DNA of 64,000 nucleotides, taken from Marsupella aquatica (Eukaryota > Plantae > Marchantiophyta). The position numbers were made by a program, and so were the translations under genes. The notes below the pieces were generated by a model. It searched no databases. It had not been told where the DNA came from and saw nothing but the letters and a program-made list of their open reading frames with translations. The DNA lies in NCBI GenBank assembly GCA_973895155.1, contig OZ316891.1:32437208-32501207 (forward strand). Reading direction: 5' to 3'. Position 1 is the first letter of the stretch; every line of letters begins with the position of its first letter. Below, piece after piece: positions 48,001 through 59,756 of the stretch.

Positions 48001-48663
48001 GTGATGAATGCCCTGGGAAAAACTTGTAACGTAGGTGTCAAGGCTGGAATTTGGGAGAAGCCAAATGTACATGCTCATCCTTCCGGGAATCGATTGGCTT
48101 GGGCTTTTGAAAACTGGTCAATCGGATATTATCACGAGAGTGGTATTAGGACCAGAGACATGTACAATTTTGAACATGATGAGAAAAGGGTAAACATCAT
48201 AAAAGTTCCTTGTGTTACAAAGAAATGTGTAACACCATTGTGGGAAATACTGAACCCTTACTAGAAGCCGATAGCTCTAGCAGATTGGTTCATTCAACAT
48301 TTTAGTGAAGTAGGGGATTGGGTTGCTGATTTATGTGCGGGGAGTGGTTCGACCTCATGCGCTGCCTTGTTAGGGAAACGTCCGATGACAGCCGTGGAGC
48401 TCAGTTCAAGCCAGGTGGATTGTATCCGGACCCGACTTGTCACGCTTGATGAATTGTGGGACTTGAATGATGAAGCAACCAATGAGGGTACAGGACCTAT
48501 GAGCTTCGAGGTTCAACCACCTATTGGTGGTACTACGAGCACCCTCACCACTGGAACTTGCATCATTACAATGGCGGAGGAGAACGACAATGATGAGGAT
48601 GAAGAGGATGAAGTGGAACATGAAGCTCCAACACTTGATCTTGGCTCATTCCTTGAGGTGTAG
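45085..48663 (+). pseudogene. ParB-like domain + beta-class N6-adenine/N4-cytosine DNA methyltransferase fusion; intron 47044-47553
   Basis: RYRVIGGNHG (ParB-like). MTase motifs: LHCGDV, YTLAIADIPYG (motif IV, DPPY-like), NPY*KP (HPTQKP-like, CAG>TAG) and GDWVADLCAGSGST...TAVE (motif I). In-frame stops near 46134, 46213 and 48264. Confidence 0.8.
47155..47470. repeat. Intronic 90-bp tandem repeat x4 carrying the GGGATAC-GGG-GTATCCC palindrome
   Basis: Cores at 47168, 47258, 47348 and 47438, inside the GTATGT...TTGCAG intron. Confidence 0.92.
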
Positions 48664-48745
48664 ACTTTAGTTTGATTAGTTCTCTCATGTTGTATCTATT
48701 GATCCAAACTTGTGAAATATTGAGGAAGATTATGATTGTCCGACT

Positions 48746-49198
48746 ATGTTCTTATTTCACAAAGTAATGTCTTTGCAGGAACCAAAGGTGGATTTTGTAT
48801 TGAAACATGTTCTACATAGATTCTCACACAATACTTCTAGTGGGTTTCTTTTGGATAATAAAATATTGAGCCAACTTGAACCCGGTCAATATTTGGGTGA
48901 TGAAATAATGGAATTTTACCCACAATTAATAACCAAGGAACATGGAGATCTGGCTCCCTCAGTAAACACATTATCCTTTTTTTTTTTACCCTTGGCTTGT
49001 TTCAAGGATTGAAATAGAACCAGCTGAGACCTTATTGGAATCAATTCAAAAGATGCAAAATTATTACAAGCCACTATTTTCCCAAATTGAGATCATTCTC
49101 ATGCCAATTCACATGAGCATGCACTGGAGTCTGGTTGTAATATGTTTGGATCGGATCGAATCTTTGATCAAAATGTATCATCTAGACTCTCTTGCCGG
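48746..49198 (+). pseudogene. Ulp1/SENP-like (C48) protease, truncated by an LTR insertion
   Basis: LEPGQYLGDEIMEFY and IILMPIHMSMHWSLVVI...YHLDSL contain the catalytic His and Asp; the Cys region is absent beyond the LTR junction. Confidence 0.75.
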
Positions 49199-50064
49199 TG
49201 TCCGGGTGACCGTGTTTTCTGGTAAGAGCATGTTGGCTCTTATAAAGTTAACCTTGCATGCCCATAAGTTCTACACTAAAACCAAAATGATAACTTTTGT
49301 CAGAAGGGTGGTGGGTATTAAGAAAGGTTCAGGTGAAACTAATATACTATTAAATCCTACTTCACCATACTTGCGGATCAACACATCTCGGAAACTAATT
49401 TTTCTACGACATACAATCCTAATATCTCAAAAAGAAAATGAAATAGGAATGTCATCTGGACTCCTATTTAGATCCATGACTTCAATAAAAGACAAAGATA
49501 ATGCACTCCCACTCCTCTCGGTAAGACACTATTGGGTATACTATTGGTTCATTAGAACTCATAACAACAGCTGCAAATTGAGCTCCAAAGTGATAAGTTA
49601 AATGTTGCCTCATGGATGGCTTGTCTAAAAAATGGACTCTAACCAAAAATGGGTTACGAAGGGGAAGATTAGGAATATCTCTCCCTCCTAGATTCATAAT
49701 GACTCTCTTATTCCTTTGCTATCCGGGCCAAAGAATGCCCCACCCCTAAGTTCCCAAAGAGACCTTGTTCCCTAAGATCCCATCTATAAGTCTACCATTC
49801 ATTCCTTTGCTATTTGGGCCAAAGGATGCCCCACTACTATATACATAAGGCAAAGAATAGAAGAGAAAGATGAGAGAAGAAAAGAGGATCGCTTCGACAT
49901 GGAAATTATCAAAATGTGAGAATGAAGAGAGAGTGTCTCTCACCACTTTATTTATATTGAATCCAAGAGGGCATGGATTACGCCCAAATGCTTGGATGAA
50001 AGCCAAATGGCACACATCCAACATAGGAATGTGTGCTAGTACTATTGCAATCAAAACAAATAAT

Positions 50065-50650
50065 GCATGCAAGTAAAATAACTAATGCATGCACCTAAAA
50101 TAATTTGTGCATGCATGCATCTTGTGGCTTGCACATTTGCTCACCTTGCATGCGCATAAAACAACTAATGCATGCAAATAAAATAATTTGCATGCATCTA
50201 AAATAATTTGTGCATGCATCTTATGGCTTGCACATTTTTTCACCTTGCATGTACATAAAACAACTAATGCATGCAAATAAAACAATTTGCATGCATCTAA
50301 AACAATTTGTGCATGCATCTTGTGGCTTGCACATTTGCTCACCTTGCATGCACATAAAACAACTAATGCATGCAAATAAAACAATTTGCATACATCTAAA
50401 ACAATTTGTGCATGCATCTTGTGGCTTGCACATTTGCTCACCTTGCATGCACATAAAGCAACTAATGCATGCAAATAAAACAATTTGCATGTATTTAAAA
50501 CAATTTGTGCATGCACCTTATGGCTTGCACATTTTCTCACCTTGCATGCACATAAAACAACTATTGCATGCTAATAAAACAATTTACACATGCATCCAAA
50601 TAATTTGTGCATGCATCTTGTGATTTGCATAGTTGCTTACCTTGCATGCA
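50065..50650. repeat. 99-bp tandem repeat (about 6 units, ATGCAT-rich) within LTR C
   Basis: Unit AACAATTTGTGCATGCATCTTGTGGCTTGCACATTTGCTCACCTTGCATGCACATAAAACAACTAATGCATGCAAATAAAACAATTTGCATGCATCTAA. Confidence 0.9.
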
Positions 50651-50810
50651 CATACGTAATAGTCAAATTATTTAGTTACCCCGTAACAAAATATAAATCT
50701 AACCTATATACTTACTAATATACTTAGTGGTAATGATTTCATCATGAATAATTGAATTATCACGACATATCACTCCTACCAAACCTGTGCAACCTCCGAA
50801 TGCACCACAC

Positions 50811-53800
50811 CTATAGATCGCGATAATTTTCATTCTCATCCAAAGCTTCAAAGTCATCTAGTTCAAACTCTTCCTCTTCTGCCATAAAGTGAGTTCGCCG
50901 CTTGAACAATTTCACTTGCTTTCCTGCATAGGGAGTGCGATGAATTGCTCCATCCAGTTCTCTAACCAAGTAGGTTGCATTAGGATTGACTTTTTCAACA
51001 ACAAACGGTCCTCTCCAACGACGTGCAAACTTCTTTAAGGTAGAATGTTGTTGCTCAAGGCCTCCTTCATAGATCAACACCCAATCTCCACTCTGGATTG
51101 GAATTGGCCTCAAACGATAAGTCTTATCAAATCGCTCCTTATTCTTCTCATGAGCCTCCTTTAGCCTTAGCAAAGCCTCCTCAATTTTCTCCTTGGTCTG
51201 GCTAAAGTGCTCAATCCTTCGTTCCAATAATTTCTCTCGAGTGATGTCATCTTCCCAATCAATTGTTCTCCTGCTTTGAACATTCTCTTCAATCTGCATC
51301 AAAGGTAAATGTTCACAGACCAATTCGGCAGGTGCAAATCCTGTTGTTGAAGTGCATGTCATCCGATCTGCTAAAAGAGCAAACGGTAGAAGGTTTGGCC
51401 ACATTTATGCTTTTCTTTGGCAAGACTTTACCAAGGCATTTACAATCGGTGGGTGTCCTCGCTCAATCTTCCCATTGCCTTCCGGGTTGTAGGCAGTAGT
51501 AAGTTTGAGCTTGATGTTGAATTGATCAAAGAAATCTACAGCCTCATCCGAATTGAGTTCTCCTCTATCTGCTCTCATTTGCACAAAATAACCATGACGT
51601 GCAATGATATCTTCAAGTACAAACCTGCATACTGCTTCAGTAGTATTAGAGGTCAAAGCCCTTCCTTCCACATAAGAAGATAAATCTTCTCTTGCAAGGA
51701 CAAGGTACTTTGCTCCTCTAACTTCCAATGGCATGTGCACCACATCTATTGCCCACTGAAAATGTAATGATAAAGGACTAGTAGGATTAAGCCCATCCCT
51801 AAATCAAACTTTAGAGTAATATTGGCAAGTCTTACAAGACCCAACATATGATTTTACATCCACATACATGTCTGACCACCAATACCATCTCTGAATCCGC
51901 TCATAAGTAGCTCTAACTCCTCGATGTCCTACTTCAATTGCATCATGAGAGTCCCACAAGACCTTTTTCTTCTCCTCTTCAGTATCAAGGACTCTACATG
52001 AAACATGTCCTTTCTTCAAAGATCTTCTCCATAAGACACCATCCTTCAGCATGAACTTGTAAGCCTTCTTCCGTAATCGCTGAAACTCATCATCTATCAA
52101 TTCAAAAGACCTTTGAAAAGTACTAAGGTACCTTCCAATCAAAAGCAACTGTCCAAAATATAGCTCCTCCTGAAACTGTAAAACCTCAAATTCTCTACTC
52201 ATAACTTGAACTGCTTCTATCTCAGTATGATCATATCGAGCTCTTGACAGCATATTAGCTACAGGGTTATCTTTTCCAGCAATGTGCCGAAGCTTAGGAT
52301 TGATCATTCTGATAAAAGCTATCCAACATAGCATAGCAATATCTGGAGTATCACAATTAGCAATCATCCCTAAAAGTGGTAAACAATCTGTCTCAAAAAT
52401 TACTTGTGCTCCAATCAAGGAGACCTTTTCTTGACACAAAGTTGTTCTTGCACCCCATAATTCTTGTTTGATTTGAGGATAATGTCTTTATCTTGCTGAA
52501 AAGACCTTAGCCCCAAACCTTGATGCAAATCTCCTTCCCTCCTTGTCATCTTGCCCTACTGCCCATCCAACAACATCAAGGCTTGAATCAATAGTAACAA
52601 TGATTGGCCTTCCATCATAGCATAAGGGACGTAGAACAAGGGGGCTAAGTAATGCCTCCTTTAATCTTTGCATAGCCTCCTTGTGTGCCTCAGTCCAAAC
52701 AAATTGCACATTCTTCCTTAGTAATCCATACAAGGGATCAGCAATATGTGCAAAGTGTGGAATCCAAACCCTATAAAACAAACAAGCACCAAGAAATCTT
52801 TGCACCTCTGAAGATGTTCTGCAATCTTTCATCTGATTGATGGCATCCACCTTTCCTTCATTTGACCTCCTCCCTTCAACTCCACAAATCTGTCCCACAA
52901 TCAGGACTTCACGGAGCCCAAATGAAATTTTTTCTCCATAAAGAGTGAGCCCAACCTCAATCAGTCTCTTCAAGATGGCCTTCACATCCTGAATGTGCTC
53001 CCATACAAACTGTTGCAATCCATCTTCTCGTACAGTCTCATCCTTCTTTGCTTCCAAACACCCCTTGATTGGCATATCATCAAGGAATGGTTGAGTCTTC
53101 TCTGGAATAAAACAATGTAGTACCTTATTCATGGCATTCTGCATGTGTGCCACTGAATTGGTTGCTCCTTGAGGCAAAGTACACATGCGAAGTAGCCCCA
53201 AAAGTGTCCTCATTGTAGTGATATCCCTGCTACTTTGAGCCAACTGAAACTGATCATAGCCTAAATAGAGGTCACCATATGAATAGATGGCTCTACCGGC
53301 AAACTCTTCTGCAAACTCATCAACTATAGGTCCTATTCCAGAGTTGCAAATAGTAACCTTGTTGGGGGGTTGCATATCCTGAATAAATCTAAGTTTACAA
53401 TTTTTCTTGTGAATGGTAAACCAACGATTAGAATAAGATGCATCTGCTCTTTCCAAGATCCTAGTGGAAAGCTTCTCCTTCAATAGATCAATAAGTTTAT
53501 GCAACAAAGCCTTTGGCACCGGAATAGGTTTCAAATCCCAAGGAATATGAGGGACAGTGAAAATTACCATAGGAGTAACAACACTAGGATCCATACATCC
53601 CATCTCTTCAGGATAAAAGGCAAAAGCCTTACCATGTTCACCAATCATTCGTCAAAACTTCTCTCTTTCTGTTCTTGTCAACAACCCATCATCGCCAATC
53701 CTTAGTTGATTAAGGGTCTCCTTTGTGAATTTATGGCCAATCTTAGTTCGATCTCTAAGACTGGTCTCCTTCCTTGCCTTCTCCAGAACCTCCTTAGCAT

Positions 53801-54004
53801 TCAAAAGCAAAGGAAGTGTCGCTGGTCTCACTTTCTTGTCCACCATTTTGTACTTGGTGTTGAGCTCAAGAAATTGAGATAATTCACCATACAACTCATG
53901 ACTGATTTCCATAAAAGTTTTACCCTCTGAAAGACCTTCAATTACTTCTTCCAAAGAGACTACCACTCCTTCTTCATCTAGAAGGCCTTCAATCTCCTCA
54001 CATT
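50811..54004 (-). pseudogene. pol: Gypsy pol (RT, RNase H, integrase) with multiple stops
   Basis: RT LRFIQD...DLYLGYDQ...LPQGATNSV...FLDD; RNase H ETDCLPL; integrase GHRG...CKTC, RADRG, NGKIER, RWRGPF. Confidence 0.9.
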
Positions 54005-54936
54005 CACTACAACATATTTGACACTTTTGCAAAGGTATTTTTGTCAACGCTCTTGTATTTCCGATGGGCGGCGCTTTGCATATTTTGCGAATCAACCCGT
54101 ATCGCAAATATAATAGCTAAAGCGCATTATATCGCTAATTGCAAAGTACGTGGTTTTGCAAATTTTACCAAAACGCGTCGAATGGAAAGGCGCCTTTCAA
54201 AGATGGAAAAATCGCTCGCCGACTCCGAAACTAACTCATGTAAATATTTGCAAAGAAGATTGGATTGAAAATGTTTTGCGATAGTAGTTGTTTGACAAGT
54301 TTAAGAATGTCGGAGGATGGAAGATTTGCAAAACGGTGAAAATATGAAATTTGTGATTGATTTTGCATCACAAGTTTGCGAAGAGTGTAGTATAAAAATA
54401 TTGAGAAACGAGAAGATTCATAGAAATTGCGAGTCCGGTGAGAGTTTGTGAGCTTCGCAAATTATTCACAAACTAAAAATTAAGATTATTGTGAGGTGAG
54501 ACAATGAAGAGGGTGGATGGTCCAATATATGGATGGGGCAGGAGGGAAGAGGAAGGGAGGATAGAGGGAGGTACAATGAAGGATGGAAAAGGGAGGGAGT
54601 ACAATGGAAGAGGAAGGAGGGAGGAGAAAGAGGAAGGGAGGAGGAGGGACAGACGTACCACGGAGGAGGGAAACACGAGAGTGAGAATGAAAATTATGGA
54701 ATAAGTAGGAAATAAAGTTATATTGAGCAACAGAGGTTAGATAGAAAGTTGCATGTAAAATTCACAAGTGATCACAATAAAACAATACAATACATATGTC
54801 ATGAGTATGACTCATTCAAAAGTGAATGGCAAATATAAATATAGACAATCCTTTTTTTATATCACCAAACATGAACAAATCAAATATAACATGAACAAAT
54901 GTCTAGGCTGGACCCAAGTGCATATAAATATGTCCC

Positions 54937-57900
54937 TCACACTTGGTCCTCATCGGCCTCAAGGTCATCTAGGTCTGATACAATAACATCTGGCTTCTCA
55001 AAAACAATGGAACGAGAACGTGGCACATAGGTGATGACAATTGACCACTCGGTGTCTAAGGGGTATGGAATGTAGAAACATTGCTCCAAGTGTGATGGGA
55101 AAGCAAATGGTTCTGACGTTTGCCAATGAGATGCTTGAACACTAGTGGCACTTGTCTTCAACCGTGTAAACCCACTCTCATCTTGAAGTACAGTGCAATT
55201 TTGACCAACAAGGTTCACTTTGAACCACTTGCACTTGAAGACATATTCCTCAAACTTTGAATGGTTGTCATATGATACCACCAAGATCTCCTCTATCTTC
55301 CCATAGTGTGGCACAACATCTCTAACAATGTTCCTGTCATGGCGGCTGCTTCTGGAGTCTTGAGAAAATTCCCCTTGAACTCCACAATCAAAAGTACGAC
55401 CCCTCTTCTCATAAGGGAAGAAACCCTGAAATGAACAAAACCCACAAATTTTTATTACACTGTAAAAGATACCATTAATGTAATAATCATCAAAATATGA
55501 CACCTATCCCTAAATAGCCAAAACCCACATGGCCTATGGCATAATTATAGAAGCCAACATTACAGTTATGGATGTCATTAATGATAATAGAAAGTTTTTA
55601 AACAATAGAAATAACTAATCAAAATAAGGTCTACATGAATTAATAGAGGAAGAAAGGTTAGGTACTAGTGGACCTGAAGTGTCTCCCTTGTGTCCACATA
55701 GCCGTCTTGGATGTCACCACTCTCAAAGGGCCATGAACAATGGTCCGAACGTCATCTGTGATGGTAGGAAAGTGGGACACATCTCCTCCTTGTGTCACCA
55801 TGTCATCCAACTCAAGCAACTTTTGCTTCATATACTCATGCATCTTAGGAAAAATTCTTGCTCTTTGACTTGTTCTCTTGGCATTCTCATAAAACTCTCT
55901 CCATTTCTCCATGATATTACTATTACTCAACATAAATGTTGTCAACTGTGACCACTCTGTTGATGTCAACATGCGTGTTTTTGTGGCACCTGTTAAACGG
56001 TCCTCCTCCTCTTCTCTTTCCTCCATCCAAGTACGTGGACAAGTAGGATCAATGGTGGCCAAGATGTTACTACAATAAATCATACTCTTTGCTGCCAAGT
56101 ATCATGTAGCTATGCTTCCCTCCACCAGTGCACGGTTACGTACATAAGCCTTCAACACCGCCATGTAACGCTCAAGCCAATACATCCATCTACAATGCAC
56201 TGGACCTGCAATGGCAACCTCCCGCACAAGATGCACAAGTAAATGAACCTGACAATCAAAGAAGGAAGGAGGAAGGGCTTTCTCCAACTTGCATACCACC
56301 TCAGCTGCCAATACCTCCATCCCAGGGATCTCTTCTACATATATCTCCTTTGAGCATATCCATCTCAACAAACGACCCAATGACCAGATGGCATCTTGCA
56401 CTTCTTCACTCCCTATACCTATAATTGCCACTGGCAATATATGCTGCAATAGGCGATGATAGTCATGTGTCTTCAGATATCGTGGCCACTTGTGATTGTC
56501 CTCCATCCCAAAAGCTTTTCGAAGGTTGGCACCATAGCCTGTAGGAAACCGCATCTCTCCTATACGGTTCCAAAATTCACGTCTTTGGCCAACACTCAAC
56601 ACCCAAGGAGCAGAAGGACGATTCTCCACACCTGTGATAGGATCAATTGTCACCCAAACATCTGGATGCATTTTCATCTCCTCGCATGCCTCCCTAAAAT
56701 TAGTGTCCTTCTCCCCATAAAAATGCTTTATCAAAGCCTTCCCCCCACATTTCCCTCTATGTGCATGGGGTCTAAAAGATGGCGGATCTTCAACTCAGAC
56801 CAATAGGGCAAAGTGGCTAGTATACTCCACCTGGTCAAACCTGTCCTATCAAAGGTGAAGGAATCATTTGGGTCTGCCACCCTATCAGCTAGTGACTTCC
56901 AATGTGCAAAACTTGTTGCATCAGGAATTTCACGCTCATCACCAAATGGCATGTCAAAGGAGGAGAATAGAAGTGGGTCAAACCTCATCTCATGCCCCAT
57001 GGGAAGAAACTTTGTATGCCCAATATAAACAATCTTTCTAATCCATGAACAATATGTGGCCATGTCCTCTAAGCTTGGGCCACAAGTAGAGTAAGCTTTG
57101 TACCCCTGAGTTTGCAATCCAGAGACAAAACCAAACCCTGCTTACATAGAAGAAATCAAACCATGCAAACTTTATGTTAGAGTTGTCACATGAGAAACAT
57201 CAATAGGAACTACACATTATTGAAGGGTTGCAAATGGCATGGAAGTCATCTTACCAGGATAGTCACGCATTGTCCAACAAATGATCCCTCTCAATTGAAA
57301 GACACGTGGAAAACCTCCTGTAATTTTCCTGCCATCATATGCCCACACTCCATTCCATAATTTTTGAAGTTCTCCAACCAATAGTGCCAAGTAAGTGTCA
57401 AAGTTCTTCACCTTTTTTGGACCTGGGATAATCAAAGACAATAAAAGGAACCCCTTCTTCATGGATAGCCATGGTGGGAGGTTATAATTCATGACAACCA
57501 CAGGCCAAACTGATGTAGGTTGCCCCTTTCCTCCAAGTGAATGAGGGCTAACTCCATCAGATGCCAATCCTAGCCTCACATGGCGAGGATCATGTGCAAA
57601 GTCTGGCCATGTTGCCTCAATATGTTTGTGAGCAGGGGAGTCAACTGGCAACCGCATGACACCAGACTCTGATCGATGAGTCTTATGCCATACCATCAAC
57701 TCTGCCAAGTCAGAACACCGATACATGTGCAACAACCGAGGAATGATGGGAAACCAACGAACAACCTTCCTTGGCACCTTCTTTGTTAGCATGTTGGGGT
57801 CATAGCGAGGCTCATCACATGTTGTACATTGTGTCATGTTTGCATTGGCCCCATGAAATAACATGCAATCATTCACACATGCATGAACAATATGATATTC

Positions 57901-58428
57901 CATGCCAATAGATGAGAGAACACTCTTTGCCTCCTTCCAAGTTGCTGGCAACACATTCTCAGTGGGCAACATAAGGTCATGGCAAAGTGCAAACATATCA
58001 GATAACAAGACATTGCTTGCCTTGTGTTTGGCCTGTAGGTTCATCAACCCCAAGATGGCTGAAAGACGACTCAAACGAGCACCCTCATAGATAGGTGTTT
58101 GGGCATGTTCCTCTGCTTCTTCCCATTGGCGTTGTCCCTCAGGGGTATGTCTTGGGCGTGGATCATTGGGGGGCACCTGCCCTTCATTGGGAAGGTCATC
58201 ACCAAGGTTGTCGGCACCAAACCAATCAACCATAAAGTCATCCATGGCTCTATCCTGGTCATCAGTTACTTGTTCATCCGTCCAAGGTACCTCTTCATCA
58301 GGGTTACTGCTTCCACTAGCACTTGATGAGGAGTGTGACTCTAATCCATGTCCTTCTTCTGGCATACCCATTTCTCGATATGTTGCTCTCAATCTCCGTG
58401 GTAACATATTTGGAGAGGGTCGCACATT
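54937..58428 (-). pseudogene. CACTA TnpD-like transposase (Transposase_21, DUF4218 and DUF4216-type regions), spliced, with stops
   Basis: IVHACVNDCMLF, RHVRLGLASDG, YNLPPWL, LIIPGP, RDYP, DPMHIEGN, LKTHDYH, FFDCQVHLLVHL, GPVHCRWMYWLER, YGKIEEI, FKCKWF, EPFAFPS. Confidence 0.92.
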
Positions 58429-58603
58429 CTAAAAACAAAGCAAACAATTGAAAGTTATATTGCAAAGAGAACACACACAAAAATGGGCTAGGGGTGTGCA
58501 AAAATGAAATAATATTGGTTGTGGTGCAAATACAAAATGTGGCCAAAGGCATATGTAGTGTCCTTTGATATACAACATACCACCTATGACCCTTAACTTA
58601 ACC

Positions 58604-59419
58604 CTAATCCCACTCATAGTGAGTAAATAACTCATCCCCTGAGTTAATGGTCCTTGTTGCTACAACTAGGCAATGGTCATGATGATATGTCTGGCCATAA
58701 GGTGCTGGCGGAGGACCCTCAATGAAAACCCACTCACAATTTTGCCTACGTTTAGGGCGAGTCCCCACGGTACTGTTTATGAAACCAACAATATTCCCAG
58801 TCCGTATGGGGTCCCCATCTATGACACGCTGCTCACTATACCTTCTAGTGTTTCCATCAAAAGTATCCATGTCCAATGCATAAGTCTTCCACTCAGGGTG
58901 TTGTGCAAGGATCATGTTCCAATATCTTCTGTTGTAGATGGGTCCACCATAAGGAAACAAAGTAGGCCCCTCTCGGCCGCGTCCACCTCTACCACTCTCG
59001 GCGTCCACAATGATGTCCTCACAGGCAAAAACTCCATAGCCATGTCTATCCCCAAGTGTGGAAGGTTTGATAACCCAACGTCTACCCCAAACCTCTACCT
59101 CCGCACCGTAGGAAAGCTGTTGTGGCAAACCAAAAGTCTCAGGATCCCAGTCCTTGATGACAGGGACACATCTGCCAGTGAACTCACAATCACCCCACCG
59201 ACCCGTAACCACTGCCTTGTACAAATCAGTATCCCCTCGGGCCTGCCTCTTGGAACGCTTTCTCCCTCTTGGGACAATAGCCTCAACCCCAACTTCCCTA
59301 GGACTGGTGGGCCTTGCCGCTAGACCCAAGGCTTTTGAGAATGCATTGCCTATAGCATCTAGAACACCTTGTGATGGGACATAGGGTGCTTGTGCCGCAG
59401 GTCTAGGCCTATTGGATAC
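58604..59419 (-). CDS. SET domain exon within the CACTA element
   Basis: S...HGYGVFACEDI, PYGG, IDG...GNIVGFINS, NCEW and LVVATRTINSGDELFTHY match SET motifs (GxGxFA, NxxRFINH, ELxFDY). Confidence 0.8.
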   Translation of the reverse strand, partial: VSNRPRPAAQAPYVPSQGVLDAIGNAFSKALGLAARPTSPREVGVEAIVPRGRKRSKRQARGDTDLYKAVVTGRWGDCEFTGRCVPVIKDWDPETFGLPQQLSYGAEVEVWGRRWVIKPSTLGDRHGYGVFACEDIIVDAESGRGGRGREGPTLFPYGGPIYNRRYWNMILAQHPEWKTYALDMDTFDGNTRRYSEQRVIDGDPIRTGNIVGFINSTVGTRPKRRQNCEWVFIEGPPPAPYGQTYHHDHCLVVATRTINSGDELFTHYEWD

Positions 59420-59522
59420 CTATTCCACCGAAACCAAAACAAACAAAAGTAGGTGTGAAATTGCAAACCTTCAACCATTGAGTAATGGGAATAGGGTAGG
59501 AAAACTAAGGCATAACACTTAC

Positions 59523-59756
59523 CATATGAGATGAAGAAGCCCCTGCCGTATGACGTCCACAACGCCCATATCTCTCAATATGTTGGGCACATATGTAAGA
59601 TTTTTGGGAAACCTGACCCACACATCTGGAACATTCACAAAGTTGACGGGGTGGACTGCGAGGAGGAGGTGCGGTCGTGTGATGTTGAGGTGGAGGTGGT
59701 GTATCTTCATCAGAGGAGGACGAGTCTGTGGTGGAGATTTCAAAAGATGAAGACAT
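59523..59756 (-). CDS. First exon with a transposase-associated Zn-binding-like motif
   Basis: CECSRC...CAQHIERYG resembles the CACTA N-terminal CPCxxC...HL..G motif; phase-0 GTAAGT donor at 59522. Confidence 0.6.

Larger units (their letters stand above)
49199..54004 (-). mobile_element. Degenerate Ty3/Gypsy element family C (3' LTR about 49199-50767 + pol), interrupted by CACTA
   Basis: Minus-strand LTR TGTCGTG...GGACA follows the purine-rich GGTAGGAGTG; pol fragments lie upstream. Confidence 0.8.

Noticed and set aside
20220-48663. Bacterial or phage contamination as the source of the ParB-MTase genes
   Set aside because: The genes contain GT-AG introns and are interleaved with plant TEs.
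50082-50623. Cys/His-rich repetitive ORFs
   Set aside because: They are translations of the 99-bp tandem repeat in LTR C.
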